Positions 63,953-64,000 of a stretch of 64,000 bases of DNA are shown one piece after another. Location of the stretch: contig DATDSO010000004.1 of assembly GCA_035291225.1 (NCBI GenBank), positions 490,765 to 554,764 of the forward strand. The letters are read 5' to 3'. The notes below the pieces were generated by a model, which saw only the letters and a list, made by a program, of their open reading frames with translations, did no database searches and had not been told where the DNA came from. The translations under genes were made by a program, and so were the position numbers. Numbering within the stretch: the stretch's first letter is position 1; each line of letters begins with the position of its first letter. Source of the stretch: an archaeon (GTDB lineage: Archaea; Aenigmatarchaeota; Aenigmatarchaeia; Aenigmatarchaeales; JACQIB01).

Positions 63953-64000
63953 ATGAAAGCCCAGGCTTCGTTTGAATTTCTGTCTTCTGTAATCGTTGTA
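63953..64000 (+). CDS. Second type IV pilin-like gene (5' end only)
   Basis: MKA|QASFEFLSSVIVV, Glu at +5. SD-like GGAGG at 63940-63944. Confidence 0.5.
   Translation, partial: MKAQASFEFLSSVIVV

Noticed and set aside
1-64000. CRISPR arrays, IS elements, rRNA genes
   Set aside because: No regularly spaced direct repeats with unique spacers, no transposase-like ORFs or terminal inverted repeats, and no rRNA-like conserved stretches were seen.

Overview
The window looks like a low-GC archaeal chromosome segment; several signals (multi-intron tRNAs, archaeal promoters, many large envelope proteins, heavy tRNA/translation-modification content) are consistent with a reduced-genome DPANN-like archaeon, but that assignment is inference. 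Gene content is archaeal throughout: TBP, MCM, RFC, Hjc, aIF2-beta, FtsZ, a FlaI/TadA-type secretion ATPase, pilins with class III signal peptides, and BRE/TATA promoters about 25-30 nt upstream of most starts. The core set I can support is: gatCAB, glnA, an Lrp regulator, asnS, a YbaK-like deacylase, an MtaB-type methylthiotransferase, MTA phosphorylase, dph5 and dph6, tbp, mcm, an OB-fold/winged-helix protein, aIF2-beta, rfc, a P-loop kinase, hjc, AMMECR1, a REC-domain protein, two convergent Trm5/Taw2-family methyltransferases, a PIN protein, a ThiI-like PP-loop ATPase and ftsZ. All four tRNA genes I can find by eye are split by introns, including at non-canonical D-loop and T-loop positions; tRNA-Arg(UCG) carries three. 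I identify two short conserved RNA-like element families. One is the 37/38 intron of tRNA-Arg and recurs free-standing in the tbp-mcm spacer. The other is a hairpin with compensatory base changes that flanks the rfc operon. Two accessory regions stand out. Region 16.5-28.8 kb holds five secreted or membrane-anchored surface proteins, two of them tandem paralogues and one 1261 aa, together with a HerA/FtsK-type ATPase. Region 45.6-56.4 kb is a co-directional block of eight uncharacterised proteins with a duplicated module. It is followed by a tandem array of four paralogous small membrane proteins and two tandem nucleotidyltransferase paralogues, one catalytically degenerate. No CRISPR array, integrase or transposase was seen. 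All calls come from reading the sequence and the ORF track; no searches were run.
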